DNA of 63,986 nucleotides, filler included, from Neolecta irregularis DAH-3 (GCA_001929475.1; 17 parts of 17 records of this genome joined end to end with filler, not necessarily neighbours in it), one strand, 5' to 3'; numbered from the whole stretch's first letter, positions 35,332-52,671 are shown. A program made the numbers and translations. The notes: a model not told the origin generated them from the letters alone.

Positions 35332-36921
35332 CTAATGAGTCCACTTCGGGCCTTGACCGAGTTTGATGCCGAATTGAGTAGGGATTCCCTCTACTCGATG
35401 GAAGGCATTCAAGTTCTATTCCATTAGCAATAAATGTAGAAATATAAACCTTGTGAAGCACAATTTGATAGCAAGTAGCCGAACCCTGTCGAGAGATAAT
35501 CGTTGAATAAGCCAAGAAGTATTCCCAAATTCGGAACCATTTCTTTCCATACTTGGCTTCAACGTTTTCCCTGTTGGGCATCCAATTTTGATACCATCTG
35601 GCTGATCAACAATTGAGAAATAACAATAAATTGTACTTCCAGAGTGTAGCGGAATAATGAACACCAATAGTATCAACAGCCTTGACTTCAAACCCAGAGC
35701 TCTCAAGTTGGTTGATAAACCATGCGAGCGGGGTTGAGGCATCAGCGCCGGGAAAGATATACTTGTTCATGAACAATCCCCATACAAGGTCTTCGTACTA
35801 CGAGATCAACTAAAATTAGAATAGAAACATACCTGCCAACTCTTTCGTAATCCAGCAATCTGCAAGAAAAATATTCCATCATCGTCGAGCATATCATAAA
35901 CCTGTCTCAAGAAAGCGCCAAAATTCCGGACACCGACATGTTCTGCCATTTCCAAACATGTAATTTTGTTATATTTTCCCTCGGGAACAGGGATATCTCG
36001 ATAGTCCATGCATAGAATGCGGCTTTGACTTTCGGGAATATCAATCTTTTTGAGAGTAGAGTTACCCCAAGCAGTTTGATTTCGTCCAAGAGTAATCCCA
36101 GTGACTCGGGCTCCATATTTAGACGAAGCATAAGCTGATAAAGTTCCCCATCCACATCCAATATCAAGCATTTGCTCGTTTTTCTTTAGACCAATCTTTT
36201 CACAAACGACATTGAGTTTGTTGTCTTGTAGTTGTTCCAAGGATTCCTCAATGTTTGGATCAGAGATGATACCAGATGTATAGATCATGCGAGGACCCAG
36301 AAACCATTTATAAAAGTCATCTCCACGGTCATAGTGCCCTCTGACCTGTTCTTCATCCTGAGATCGCGAATGGGAAATGACCTCGGGAATCATTCCGGTC
36401 AAGAAGAACTTGAATAGTGAAAGGGTGAATCTGAAGGACGCCCAGTCATGTCGGAACTCCATGGCTTCAAGACAATCGCCCTTGAAGCTAACGAGACCGT
36501 CAAAGTACATTTCGTGGAAAGTTTCCATCGGAATTTTGTTCATTCCTTTGTATTTCTCGGCATCTTGGGGATCTAGACCATCAGGATGAATCAATTGATG
36601 AGGAATCGCACTCTTAAACTCGAGATAGTATTCGACTCCTCGATTCGGAAGTTTGGCCTTCTCGTTCAATCTAGACGAGATACAACTCATAATTGACCAA
36701 TAAGCAATTGCAGTTGGCAGTGTTGTAATTAACGCAAGGAAAACAAAAGTATAAAGACCGCCGCCGAGTTTCCATTTCAAATAAAAGGGAATTGCAACGA
36801 TGATGCCGAAGAACACCTTATTGTTGAACTGATAACTCCCTTCAGCAGGCAATGGGGCATTTTTGATCGATGGGAGCAAAGTTGTGCGGACACTGCACTG
36901 AAACTGCTGTCCCGTATCCAT
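35332..36921 (-). CDS. Sphingolipid C9-methyltransferase (CFA synthase family, multi-exon)
   Basis: KIPMETFHEMYFDG, HSRSQDEEQVRGHYDRGDDFY, LDIGCGWGTL, TCLEMAEHVG, MNKYIFPGADAS, SRQGSATCYQI. Confidence 0.93.
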
Positions 36922-39064
36922 AGTTGAGATCTGTTTTGAAGGAAACAGGCGAAGGTGGAGAAATTCAATCCCGAAAACAGGACTTATATATCGCAGAAAG
37001 GGGCGCACTCAATTTAAAGGCCAAACTCAAATATGTCACTGCAAGTTATACACTACAGATTCAATTTGTACAATTGGCAATTGTATATTGTAGTTTTGCG
37101 GTTGTATGATTGACTCTGATCTCCAAGGAGATGGTTAGAAACCCGCTTGGTATGACGTCTGTTTCGGGTTGGATAGACATACTTTACGGCAGAGTAGAAT
37201 AGCTGACATCTAATTGCAGCGTTTCTTGATACAGTCAATTGTCACACTGGGCTTCTCTCGCATATCGTACAATTCAGTATCGTCTGAACGGAGAGCTGGA
37301 ATTCCTACTTATGATAATACGCGGAAGCTAATTGAACTAGATTAGCACGATACCATATCTGGTAGCTAATTCATCAGTTCTACATATAAAAAATAAGGAC
37401 AGGAATTGGCTCTGGGAAGAGAAATTTGCTAACAGACCAGATGCTACTTATATAATAAATATGCATGCATCACTGCCTCTATTTACATGTTCGCCTGGCT
37501 GTGATTGTCCATACCAAGCCTAGCGATGACAGCTGTTGTCCTGCGTCGTGATTCCTTTGATTTCGTGCGTAGGTTTGGTTGCGATGGAGTGTCGGCGCTG
37601 CTTGTTGCTGTGAGGTGCCCGCGAGTGTCCCCACAAATGCAACAGGGACAAATTTGCACAAGATCATATCAAATATTTAAATAACGTACTATTATCCTGG
37701 TCTTTATATAAATACTAGAGGGCAGGATAATCGGGTGATATCAGTCGGATAGCAGATTGTGTGACATTTTACGGGTGGCTGGGAAGTTGAAGAAAGTGCT
37801 GGCACCCGAAGTAACACAACTGGTGTTCAACACTTTTTGATGAGAATTCATGTCTGTAGCCTAAGGATATACATGCCATATATTCGAGTTCTTTGCTCAT
37901 AGACGCTATATTTCTAAATGGTTTTACCTTTCCATTGATGGTAACCGCGTGTATGGCCGTTAGTGTTAGATACTGGGTTGCGATGGCTAGCTTGGGCCCT
38001 ACGCCATTCAACTGTTGATCTAGGCCTCTCCTTTTGTTAGCCCCGGCCTAAATTTCTCTAGTTGAGAGTGTGATCTTCCCACAGGGGCCTGTCGTAAAGA
38101 AATGCTAAACTGAGGATTTTCGCCTAACATGTCACTATCAGGACTCTCCTCCCCTCTTCCTCCTCGATTCTTACTATCACCAATCTCATTCGCGATTCAC
38201 TATCCTATCTGTTTTGGCATGGTTCTGCTTCCGACGTCGGTCCTCCCTCTTCTTAAGAGTATCTTCGTACCGGGAGTATGGGGCGTGCTGACGAGTCACC
38301 CTATGTAAACGGGGCTTAGCTTAGCTTTTCCTTTTTTACCTACAGCGTGTACTGGAAGGAAGTATGTTGTGTTCTGCAAGTATACAGATTAGTCCCCCGC
38401 CCCTCTTTCTTCTCGTCAAATATATCAAAGATCAAAAGAACAACTTTAAGAACCCTACCCCTCATATTCACCACATCGACATTCACTCCATCTCCATCCT
38501 TTTCTAGACCCTTTACCCTTGGGAGGGATTCTGCGCGACAGGCCTATGCAAAGTCACGCTTACATTTGGGTTCTAGTGGAAAGGAAATAATGGAGATATT
38601 TAATGAGACATGCTCGTCTTTGCAATGGCATGAGAATCTTCCAGTCTTCCCTGTTGGAATTCGGGTCTAATAAACCCTAATTTCCTAATTATGTTCTAGG
38701 CTTATCCTGGGGACTAGTCAATAGTAAGCCTAGCCCAATTGTATCTTCTTAATTTCAACCTTCAACAGTTTAGGAAGAAAAGGTGTGTCGCGCAGATTCT
38801 GGTTGTAGAGTTTTCAGGGGGGTTCTGATATATATCAGAACCGATTCTTAGAGGAGATGAAGCAAAAACGTTCCATCGATTCTTTGCGTGGATGGATTGA
38901 GCATTATCCAACGCCTTACAAAAAGGCAGCTACATGACTACTTATAGTTTTACAAGTATGAGCCNNNNNNNNNNNNNNNNNNNNNNNNNNNNNNNNNNNN
39001 NNNNNNNNTTAATTAATTAANNNNNNNNNNNNNNNNNNNNNNNNNNNNNNNNNNNNNNNNNNNN

Positions 39065-40000
39065 TCCCTGGACCACTCTTCTCCCGATTTAATTCTCATG
39101 TTGTGAGAAAAATCTATTGAATCAAATTTTTGTGATGGCGTTGGCAATGCCACTGATAGCCCAGGCTGGACAAGGTCGTGAATGCCTTCTTTAATTGTAT
39201 TGAGCAAGGAAAGACCTTCTTCATAGCGATCTTTGTCGTCATCATCTCGTGATTCCTTTGTGGTAGTAATAGGTCCAAACGGGATGATTTTCATGGCATC
39301 ATCAACTGCAATTGTACCAACGCCTTTAAGTCCTTTAATGCCGTATCCCATGGCACCGAGAATCGCTCTGGTCTTTGGCCCTATGGAGCCGACAACTGAT
39401 CGCTTCAATGAGTCATTTGGTGATAGGTAAGGATTCATCAAATAGTCGGCGTTATTGTCGTCGACATGTGAGCTATCCGGCGAACTCATAATGATATCAT
39501 GATATAAATTTGAAGCGAAAACCACGTGTCCGTTCGTCGTCGTTGCAAAATTGAAAGCAGTTGCTATCTTCTTGGTAGAAGTTCGACATCGATTGCTTAG
39601 AATCCTTCTTACTTCAGTTGTTGTTATCCAATTATCTTCAAACTTAAATTTGATGAATTTGCAGTACGCAGTGTCATAATGTTGACTGGGTATTGCCTTA
39701 CCATTTTTCACATTTTTCTTATAGTGGGAAATGGGAGGAAGTAACATGTTTGTACTGTTAGGTCGCCATGAAATGTGGAAGCCAAGTGTGTGTACCATTT
39801 CGTGCATCAGTATTTCAATGTGAATATTATACAAGCAGGGCTGCATTAATCTTAGCATACTTTGACAAGTTGAACATACATCGTTCCATTTGAGCCCAGG
39901 ATTGAGCGTTATGGTACTATCATATTCTATGAAAGGTGCTTGCAATGATTCGTATTCCCACTCGAAAAACATATTCTTGACAAGCGGCTGAGGATAGTAC
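39065..40000 (-). CDS. Zinc metallopeptidase (HExxH, M8/leishmanolysin-like metzincin), partial
   Basis: ILMHEMVHTLGF, distal SSHVD..DYLMNP (third His ligand and Met-turn), GPKTRAILGAMGY. Confidence 0.7.
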
Positions 40001-41480
40001 CTGGATCGTAAGAAATTTGGGATTTTGCAATGTACTATAACCGTATTTCGTTGCCTATATCCAAAACAGGAANNNNNNNNNNNNNNNNNNNNNNNNNNNN
40101 NNNNNNNNNNNNNNNNTTAATTAATTAANNNNNNNNNNNNNNNNNNNNNNNNNNNNNNNNNNNNNNNNNNNNGGGTCCAACCCCGGATCGGAATTCGGGG
40201 GGGGGGGGTTACTAGGCCCTCCCGTCGAATAGGTCTGAAGTGAGGCGGTTGGGCGGGCCGGATAAAATGAACAGGGGGATAAATTGTATAGAGTAGTACA
40301 TTGTTTCAAAACTGGTGTCAAGTATAAGCATATTCGCTTACTCTATTTCTACTTCTATTACTCTATTATGCTATTCTAATGTACTATGTTGTCGTTGTTG
40401 CCCTTAGGTTAGTTAATGGCCTTTCCAGAGGGAGAAATAATAGAAAAACAGCCAGATAAATGTCAATTTATGTTTGCAATTTTTGTCATTTTGTGAATGT
40501 AACATTGCATTCTTCAAGTCTGAACCACAAAATGTTATCAGACTCTGCATATAGCAATTCCCGATTCAGGGTGGCGACAAAGTTGGACACACTGGATACT
40601 ATTATCTGCTGTTTGGAGAACATGTCCAGTCTTCCATGATTTGGAAGCAAAGATGTATTGTGTCTGGATTCAGAAACAGTGGTGCTAAAGACTGAGGCAT
40701 TCGGGAGATACTTTCAGAGGTTTGTTATTCAATTCATCGTAAATAATCAACGTATGTGGGAGTTGTTGTAGATGTGTCTGATGGCGCGTTTTAGGAAGGA
40801 AAAGAGGCTTGGGGAGACTGTTGACGAGGGAGATTTTGAGGATAAAGTGGAGCTGGTGGGAGGTGCGGGTTAAGGGCTCTGTGAGGAGTTTATCGATGAT
40901 GCAGGGGAGGTTGAGGGGCGCTATGCGAGGGGGTTGTGGATCTCAGGCAGGCGAAGAATGCTGGGTGGCATCTGCGGTGCTGATTGGCTATTTAGGATAT
41001 GCTGCTGGAAGGACTTGCAGCCAGAATCGGGGTCCTCTGAGCCTTCGTCGGGCTCAAAGGCGAACCAGAACCAGATGCTGTTGCAGCCTCTGTTTGCGGC
41101 GATGGCGGCGAGAAACTCGAATAACTGGGGGACAAGGGGTAGCGCCTCTGGCTGACGCGGGTTGAGATCCGATCTAGACTTTGTAATAGCAGATGGTATA
41201 CTGGCGATTGTTCCTAGACCGATCTCAGCATTGATATGTTCTCGACCATTTTCGGGTTGAGTGGTGAAAATAACCGCTATACCGGATATCTAAGGTGAGG
41301 GTAATTTTTGAATTATTTGTGGCGCCGAACGCATTTTGTCGCGATATCACAAATGTTTGTGGCGCCGAACGCAACGAATAATCGGAATTTGCGAAAATTA
41401 CCTGATATCTGTTGGATCGATCTGGTGGCTGACGAATCTCTGATTTCCAACCCTCACTTGAAGCTCATGGTATCGACTAC

Positions 41481-42015
41481 ATGTACAGCATGATATCAAA
41501 ACGCTTTCTTGTTCTAATCTTGGCGATAAGTCTCTGTATTGTCACAATAATTACGACCAAAAGGGTATCTGAAACATCCAAAGTCGTCTCGACGTTCACA
41601 AGCAACAGAACACTGGGCTTTGGCGAAATTTACGTGATTTCGCTGCCTCATAGAACCGACCGTCAGGATGCAATGGTTCTAATGGCTCTCAACACTGGTT
41701 TCGATATTAAATTTATTGATGGGGTGTATGGGAAAACTGTTCCTGACGAGATAATACCAGGCAACACCAGGGATGGTCTTGGCGGTGCACCTGGAGTCGT
41801 GGGGTGTTGGAGAAGTCATATGAACGCATTAAAAATGTTTCTGCAAACTGGAAAAGAGGCATGACTCCTTTGAATGAGATGAATGCTGACTTTGTCAGAC
41901 TGCATTAATTATGGAAGATGATATCAACTGGTCTTTTCATTTGAAAGAGTCTCTTTCAGCAATTGCCCTCAATATTAACCATCTTGAATCGCTACGGCTT
42001 GGAAATCAATATGTC
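41481..42015 (+). CDS. GT25 glycosyltransferase (3' partial; GC-AG intron 41859-41898)
   Basis: TM anchor, NRTLGFGEIYVISLPHRTDRQD, GCWRSHMNAL, spliced TALIMEDDINW. Confidence 0.88.
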
Positions 42016-42734
42016 NNNNNNNNNNNNNNNNNNNNNNNNNNNNNNNNNNNNNNNNNNNNTTAATTAATTAANNNNNNNNNNNNNNNNNNNNNNNNNNNNN
42101 NNNNNNNNNNNNNNNTGCGGCAAGCTGCAGGCTGGTGGACGAGGCAGGAGGGACGCGCGGGACAGATGAGGCGGGAGGGGAGAGGAGGCACAGGCGAGAG
42201 ACACAGGCGCGGGGACGGGTGCTGTCGGGGTTGGGGCCGCCGCCTCTGCGGGCAGGCAGTACAGCGGGAAGCCTGCAAAGGGGGCGGTGATGGCGGGGCC
42301 GGGAAGGGGGGCCTTCGATGGGGGGCGGGCAGTGGAGGTGGAGAGAGAATTGACCCCAGACACTCAGTTCTCATACCACACCGTTACACTTCCCCCTCCC
42401 CTTCCTCATCCTTTATCGCCCTGCCCTCTCACCCGTTATCGCCTGCCTTCCTCGCCTACTATCGCAATATTTTCAAACCCAAATACTGCTCTCTTGCATA
42501 GGCTCCCTTCCATTGGATACTGCACTGAATCTGGATCCAGTAATCGCTGGTAGAAATTATTACCGACCAAGCTGTGGAATTGCTGTCGGCGCAGATTGTA
42601 GCTCAAATTGATAGTGTAGTTCTAGATTCAGGGAACAAGTAGTAATATATCGAGTAAGCGCAGACGAACAAGGCCAGTGCTCCGAATACCCCACCTCACT
42701 CAGGGGGTATGGGGTTTAGTGCAGAAAAAGGGGA

Positions 42735-43110
42735 GAAAGAAAGAGAAATGACCGTTGGGCGCCTAGTGCTTACCATACTGCCAAAGAGACTGGCCCTGGG
42801 GCCAGGGATTAGGCAACGCCATCGGGGTTCCGGTAGAAAGGGGTTTCCAAATGTGGAGGGAGGAAACCGGGCGAGTATTGCAGCTGATTGCGAGAAGGGA
42901 TCGAGAGTGCGGCCCTGGAGGGAGAAGGGAGTGCGGGTATTGCGTCAAGGTGTGGGAGAGAGCGCGCGGGCAAGAAGGGGAAGTGCAAAGGGCTGTGATA
43001 ACTGACGGCATGCTGGGAGAGGGAAATTATGGTAGTGAATTAGTAATGCGGTGAGATGGAGGGAGGTTTGGTTATCATGGCATTAGGGGGAAAATGTCTC
43101 GCACCACGGC
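42735..43110. repeat. Dispersed purine-rich repeat, copy A
   Basis: Colinear similarity to 54665-55045 (TGCCAAAGAGACT, GGTAGAAAGGG.TTTCCAAATG, CGGCATGCTGG, AAATTATGGTAGTGA). Confidence 0.8.
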
Positions 43111-43958
43111 TGTGATATCTGTTCCGCGCGAATAAAAAACCCCGCGAAATAACCACCGCCACCACTACCACTCCAACGCTTTGCTAATTATTCCAATCTG
43201 GTGTGAAGAAATACAAACTCCGCCGCCCCATCCACCATACCCCATACCCCCGCGGTGGGGCGATCGGAGCACTGTAAAAGGCTTTCCGGGATCGCTGCGC
43301 GTGGGTACAGAAATAGGTATACAATGGCAGCTAACATGAGAGGAAAACGGGCGTCTTTCATCGCCGTTCAACGCCTCCTGTCGAGGAGAAATATGAGAGT
43401 AATCAGTTTCAAGACAGGTAAAAAACCGGGAGGCTGAACTATAAAGGTAAGGAGCTTCAAAGGGAAATCTGTAGTGATGACTGAGGAGGGTTAGTGAAGC
43501 GGAGCAATGGGAAAGATTGTCTCAGGGGTGAACTCAATAAAGAAAAAGTGAGACAAGAACCAAAATTGCACCGTCGTCGCAACATTTGCTTTTACGGTAA
43601 TTCATAATCTCCACACCCCGGAAAGCTGGTTGTGCTGAAAATAAATAGCATCTTGGTGTCTTGAGAGTCTCAGACTGGGACATCGGTGAAAATGAGCCAC
43701 TATGACTCCTTATCTACTTGGCGGACTGGCTTTTCCGACACTCGCACTGTATCACCTAGACCATGCTGATACTTTGCTTGCTCCTCTTCGCCGCTATTCT
43801 GCCCCAAGGCAGTGTTGTTGACGCTTCCTTTTTCGGCAAGTTTACCAATGCAGTAGTANNNNNNNNNNNNNNNNNNNNNNNNNNNNNNNNNNNNNNNNNN
43901 NNTTAATTAATTAANNNNNNNNNNNNNNNNNNNNNNNNNNNNNNNNNNNNNNNNNNNN

Positions 43959-44405
43959 TGGATCGCGCAAGTGGGCTGGACATCGCTCAAAGATAAAGGC
44001 ATAGGCCGGGAGATCATCGCCGGCGTCGCCATCTGGGATGTCAATTTGGATTTGTTGGGTGGGATGGGAGTAATCGTCGAAAAAGTGAGTTCTGTAGAGG
44101 ATGCTGTCGTCTGATCTGAACTTGAATGCTTTTGAGGTAGCTTCGTAGAAAGTGAGAGCGGTGGTGTCTGGGGAATACAAAAGAGTACGTTGGGAATGGG
44201 TGTCAGTCCCAGCTATGACTTCGCAGACTGCAGCGTTTGGCGACTGTCGACGGGGCGGAAACGAGTAGCAGTTTAGCAGGCTTGCTTTAAACGAGGGCAG
44301 CACTCTGGCAGTGTCAATGGGGATTTGGCCTTCTGGAAAGGGTGTTGCAGAGGCGAGTACTGAAGAAGCGAGAAAAGCAAGAGTCGTAACTGAAAGAGTG
44401 AGCAT
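43959..44405 (-). CDS. Lineage-specific secreted protein, 5' part
   Basis: Signal peptide MLTLSVTTLAFLASSVLA; 43959-44170 matches 53594-53805 at 209/212 nt. Confidence 0.75.
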
Positions 44406-44478
44406 TTACGAGCAAGATGAGAAATCAGCAATAATATAGCAGCACTGTCTCAGTGCCTTTGTTTCCAGACTTAATATG

Positions 44479-44572
44479 AAGTCTATCAAGTCTGACTTGT
44501 TACAAGAAGCAAGCAAGTCTGAGGCCTAAAATTAACAAGTAAGCAGGTCTACACTTTAGACTTGGTAGACTT
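44479..44572. repeat. Small inverted-repeat (MITE-like) element
   Basis: AAGTCTATCAAGTCTGA / TTAGACTTGGTAGACTT, 17-bp arms with 2 mismatches. Confidence 0.5.
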
Positions 44573-45103
44573 GCCGTATATCAAGAGTACAACAGATTTT
44601 CATTGGGGTTTTCACCTGCGGTAGTACCCCTGACCACCTCATCGTTACTGACAATCAACATTTAATATTCTTATCACCTACCTATACCTCTGTATTTCAT
44701 AAGCCAGCAGAAAATCTTTTCAACGGCTTGAGCAGCTAAGAAATGCGAAATGATTCTGCAATGTGCAAAAGCAGCATTATGCCTCTCAATCGCAGTTCCC
44801 CACTTGCAGCTGATCGTCTTGTCCAGACTCTACAGCCGTGGGGAGGCCAGGGCAGAGGCGATAGCAGGAAGGATCATATAATGTGACATCAAAAGAAACT
44901 AGTTTACGTGACGATCAACCAAAAGTCTAGTATCATTCCAACCTGGGGATTACATACATTTTGGATACTCATTGATACAATACATTTGGATACTACAAGC
45001 ACCGCTTTGTTGCAAGCTTGAGAACAGAACCGGACTGTTTCTTCAATTGTTCCGCTTGGCTGTATACGTCAAATCCACTCCATTGGAGACCTGNNNNNNN
45101 NNN

Positions 45104-45428
45104 CCTACACTTCTATTATACCCAAACTTGAGGCAAACTCGACCGATGGAAGCCTATTTACGCCCTGGTGATGTATTGTACATACCCGCTCTTTACCCGC
45201 ACGCGCCATATCCTCTTACGTCATGTGTCAATGTTAATTTCTTTTGAAGTTTTCCTGGAGGGCTATACAGCCAAGATTGCAAGGATATATATAGATTTCC
45301 GTACTTATGAATATGGATTGCGGAACGTTGTGAAAATCGAGCAATTGTTTACAGACTCTACTTTATCCGAGGAAATAGAATTTTATCTGCCACTATTGGC
45401 TACCGAATTGAGTTATCTCGATAGATAA
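45104..45428 (+). pseudogene. JmjC-domain fragment resembling the C-terminus of fungal Tyw4/Ppm2
   Basis: TRPMEAYLRPGDVLYIPALYPHA..VNVNFF* then frameshifted YEYGLRNVVKI..FYLPLLATEL. Confidence 0.6.
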
Positions 45429-46036
45429 TTGTATAAGGATTTAGATAAATAATTAGAAATGTATATAGATTTATAAATGTATAAAGAATGCTAATGCTAT
45501 ATCTATCTACCTTTGTCGATTCCTTATAACCTGCCTATACCACATTCATGAATCCTTGGCAATTCGAATAGCTTTACCTGGGCCCATGGGCTCGCTGCCA
45601 ACACTGCTCCACGCCCTCAAGCTGCTTCTGTCTCTCCCCCAAAGGCCTGTCTTGCCAACATTGTTCATTTTACATGATTGACGCTTAAGTAAAAACTCGC
45701 CAAATACATGCTTTTATTCCAGTTCTAGAGTTCTCAAGCGTTTGGATACTTTTTGGGGTAAAGTATTAGTAGTCTTGTATAGTGACATAGAGGTCGAGAA
45801 CTGAATTTCTTACGAATCATGTTCGCTAGCAACTAAATCACGACCCAGTCAGTGTAATTGCACCTCCGCCTTCGCTTTGCAGGTTGCCCACTCCTCTCCT
45901 CATCCCTTGATTCCATTCGCTTGTATTCGGTCTAGAGTGTATAGTGTCTGTCAGTGTTCTAGTTCCGTCAGATATCTCCCGGTCTTGGCGGAAATATGAC
46001 TGTATTCAATAACGTCTAGAAGCCCCATTGACTCCA

Positions 46037-49643
<3,607 letters not shown>

Positions 49644-49799
49644 AAGCAGGCCTTTCAATCAGGTGTTCAAGTGTGGGGTTGGTGCAAAGGTGAGCTGTGG
49701 TATCTTTTCTGGATGTAATTTGTTCATGTCATGAGAGCCCCAGTATTAATTGCATATTATTACAAAATGGAAACGCCAGCGACTTGGTTCAATCGCGTT

Positions 49800-50968
49800 C
49801 TAAAAATCTTCATCATCCAACATGCAAAAATCGTTGAATTTTCCAGCTAAATGAGCAATCTCCCTGTCCAAAGCCCATTCATGTTCCTCATCTCGGGCAG
49901 CCAAAATTAATAACGCAATGGCAATTGCATTATAGACATCCTGATCAGAATTTGTGAAATCTGCAACAACCAAAGTTCTCATTGGATTATGCTGTAAATG
50001 AGGGCAAAATAGCAAAAGAGGTGTTTACCGCGGGAAGGTTTGTTCCCAGTGCAACTAGCGCGACACGAGGGCCACAGATAGCGAGACCATAGACACTTGC
50101 GAATCCAAAGTGTCCTAGACCACCTTCCCTTGGTGGTGTAGGCGGTGCTTTATTTGCATTTAAAAGCTGCCGAACACGCATATGGGCATCTGCAAGTTTC
50201 CGTAATTTCGTCTCGAGTTTCTGGGCACAGAAATCATACTCTACTTGATGTTGACCGATGTAAAAATTTGAAGTATATGTGCAATTCGATGAAACGATAG
50301 AGAGGAACGGGATTTGTGGGGGAGCTGCTGCTGTTAAACCATTTCTAGCAATAATTCGATACGAATTCTGGAATCTTGACTTGCCCACCGAGCAAACCTT
50401 TTACATTCCAACTTGATAGTGGGTTCAACAGGCAACTGTTCATTTGATCTACAGAACCGATTACGATCAAGTCGACCACGAACAGATCGGCCTAGTAGTT
50501 GGAGTTTATCAAGCGCAAAACGACCTAAAAAAAGAATTAGAATTGAATGATTTAGAAATTGAAATGAAAAAGGAGGATGATAAAAATGAGGACGATAAAA
50601 ATGAGGACAAATTACCTCGGAATTCGTTAGCGTCTCCTGGATTCATTGCGCGGATTGGAATTATCTTTTGTACGTTCTCTGGAAAAAAGAGGTCTGGTGA
50701 GAGAAGGGGGAAATCGATCTGATTATATTAGCCATAAAATAGAATCAATTGAACGATAAATTCAGAATCAAAAGATAATATCAAAATTAATTGAAGAGTG
50801 GTAGAGAAGCAAGCGTACCCTCCAGGAGGCAGGCAATAAAGGTTCCAGTCCTCTCTTTTGGATCTTTAAAAACAGATCCAACATCCTTGGACTAAAGTCT
50901 GATGGTATTACTTGAGAAGATTGGCGGGGATGATTGGTATCATCATCACTGTCAGGTTGGTGTGGCAT
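49800..50968 (-). CDS. Uncharacterised fungal protein (multi-exon)
   Basis: Colinear minus-strand ORFs with splice signals: LFLKIQKRGLEPLLPASWR..., VYGLAICG.., DVYNAIAIALLILAARDE. Confidence 0.6.
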
Positions 50969-51250
50969 TCGGATACGTGGGGTGAAAGTAAGTGGTTGAT
51001 TGCATGAATAATAATTTCATATAGAACGTGACTGATCAATTACAATACAATGTCTGGAATCCCGTTTATTTCGATTTTCTCATACAAACGACGAGGCGAC
51101 ACACTCTTTCCAGGTAGAAGCTATGCGTTAAATGAATTCGCACAAGGCAATGGTCTAAACTGCTGTTATATCTTATCAAACTGACCAATTTCCGTGACCG
51201 ACCAACTGACTAATTTCCAACGTCGCTGATCAAACTGACCATTTGAGATA

Positions 51251-51930
51251 TACAGGCAAACCTGGCTATGTCCGTATAACGAATTCCTCCTCATAACGAA
51301 TCCAACTCTGCATTCATTTGTATGGGGTTTAACGAAACCTTACTACCAAATTCGTTAGATTAAAGCGAAATTCGTCAAAAAATACATAAAACGGGTTGAA
51401 GAGCTACCAATTGTAGCAGTAGATGATTGGGCTCTGACAAGACTAAGACTACATGAAGAACAAGTGGAGAATGTTAGCGCTGCTTGGATTACTCAATTAG
51501 ACCACCAAGAGTGTGTTTTACAAGTAAGGGAGTTTAAAGGCCAGGAGTAGCAAGCTTATTTTTGAGGCTTTGGGGTATAAGACTCCTAGGGATCTGGGGT
51601 TAACTATTGTATATAACAAGATAACTCAATCCAGACCTCGACCCATATCTGGAATCTCTATAACTGAGGAAGAGTTTGAACCTGCTGCTTCATCTGTTTA
51701 AAGAACGGGGATGGGTTCCCAGCAGATGATTAGGTTGAAGCTAAGTACCGTTGATGAGGAACTTTTGTCTGATGATGAATGAGCATATAGGATTTAGCGA
51801 AAATCAACAACAACTTGCCGAACAGGCCTTGGTAATGGATTAGATCCTCAGTTCTGTCATGCTAGGGAGGACGAACTTGAGTTCCCCTGTTGTAACTGTC
51901 GACTCTGATCGCAAACTCTCGTTATAACGA
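51251..51930 (+). mobile_element. Degenerate pogo/Tigger (CENP-B-like) transposon relic
   Basis: TA|CAGGCAAACCTGGCTAT end, TAACGAA subterminal repeats, transposase C-terminus-like ALTRLRLHEEQ..WITQLDHQE..Q*QAYF, and TCGTTATAACGA near the distal end. Confidence 0.6.
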
Positions 51931-52671
51931 CACAGATTGATCGTGCCAAACAGACTTCAAGCCCAAAGTTTGAGAAATTGAGGTCGCCAAAGTTGAATTA
52001 AGATGAAGTTGTCAAATTTGAATTAGGAGAGATGAGGCTGTCAAAGGCATCAACCTGTTACTAAATATTATTTGATAACAGCATACAATGATGATTTCCT
52101 CGAGATATGAAGACCGAAATTGCAACTCAGGCTTTAAGACCATGAGATCAAAGTAGACGCTTTCAATTCAAAGTGAATGTGGTAGCAGTCGGAAAGAGTA
52201 AGCCGAGGTCCTCCGTTACGACGACTAGGTTTATATTTCTAGCTCAAGTAGACCTCACGTTGCATACCTAACTCAAGTAGAGGACCTAGCTAGGCATAGC
52301 AGTCCCCCGCTCTATATACCCTATTGCCTTTATAATGCAAGCCTACCAACCCGAAGAGATACTGGGACGTATCCTTAGAGAAAGAGTTGAAAGTAACCGA
52401 TTATATCCCAGTGGACCTATTGAATCCCAGCAAGAGATTCTGAAGCGAATTCATTGAAAGTCATTTTGAGACATTCTCTGTAGACGACTTCAAAGACGTC
52501 ATAATCATATCCATCATCAAGATATAAATGCCTGAATCAAGTTATTGGTTATTCGGGTTGGATTGTCTTGGATTTTGTTATTTTCCATTTTGCTATCACG
52601 ATAAAAGATTGTGTCTGATAACGCTGACCCTGCCAAGCCACATTCATTAAAATCAGGGTTGATATTATAAT

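Noticed and set aside
38175-38570. Possible small spliced minus-strand gene (GWRWSECRCGEYE/EHNILPSSTR/WVTRQHAPYSRY)
   Set aside because: Splice sites are plausible, but there is no recognisable homology or secure start.
38821-38842. 22-bp palindrome GGTTCTGATATATATCAGAACC
   Set aside because: Isolated, with no associated feature or second copy in the window.
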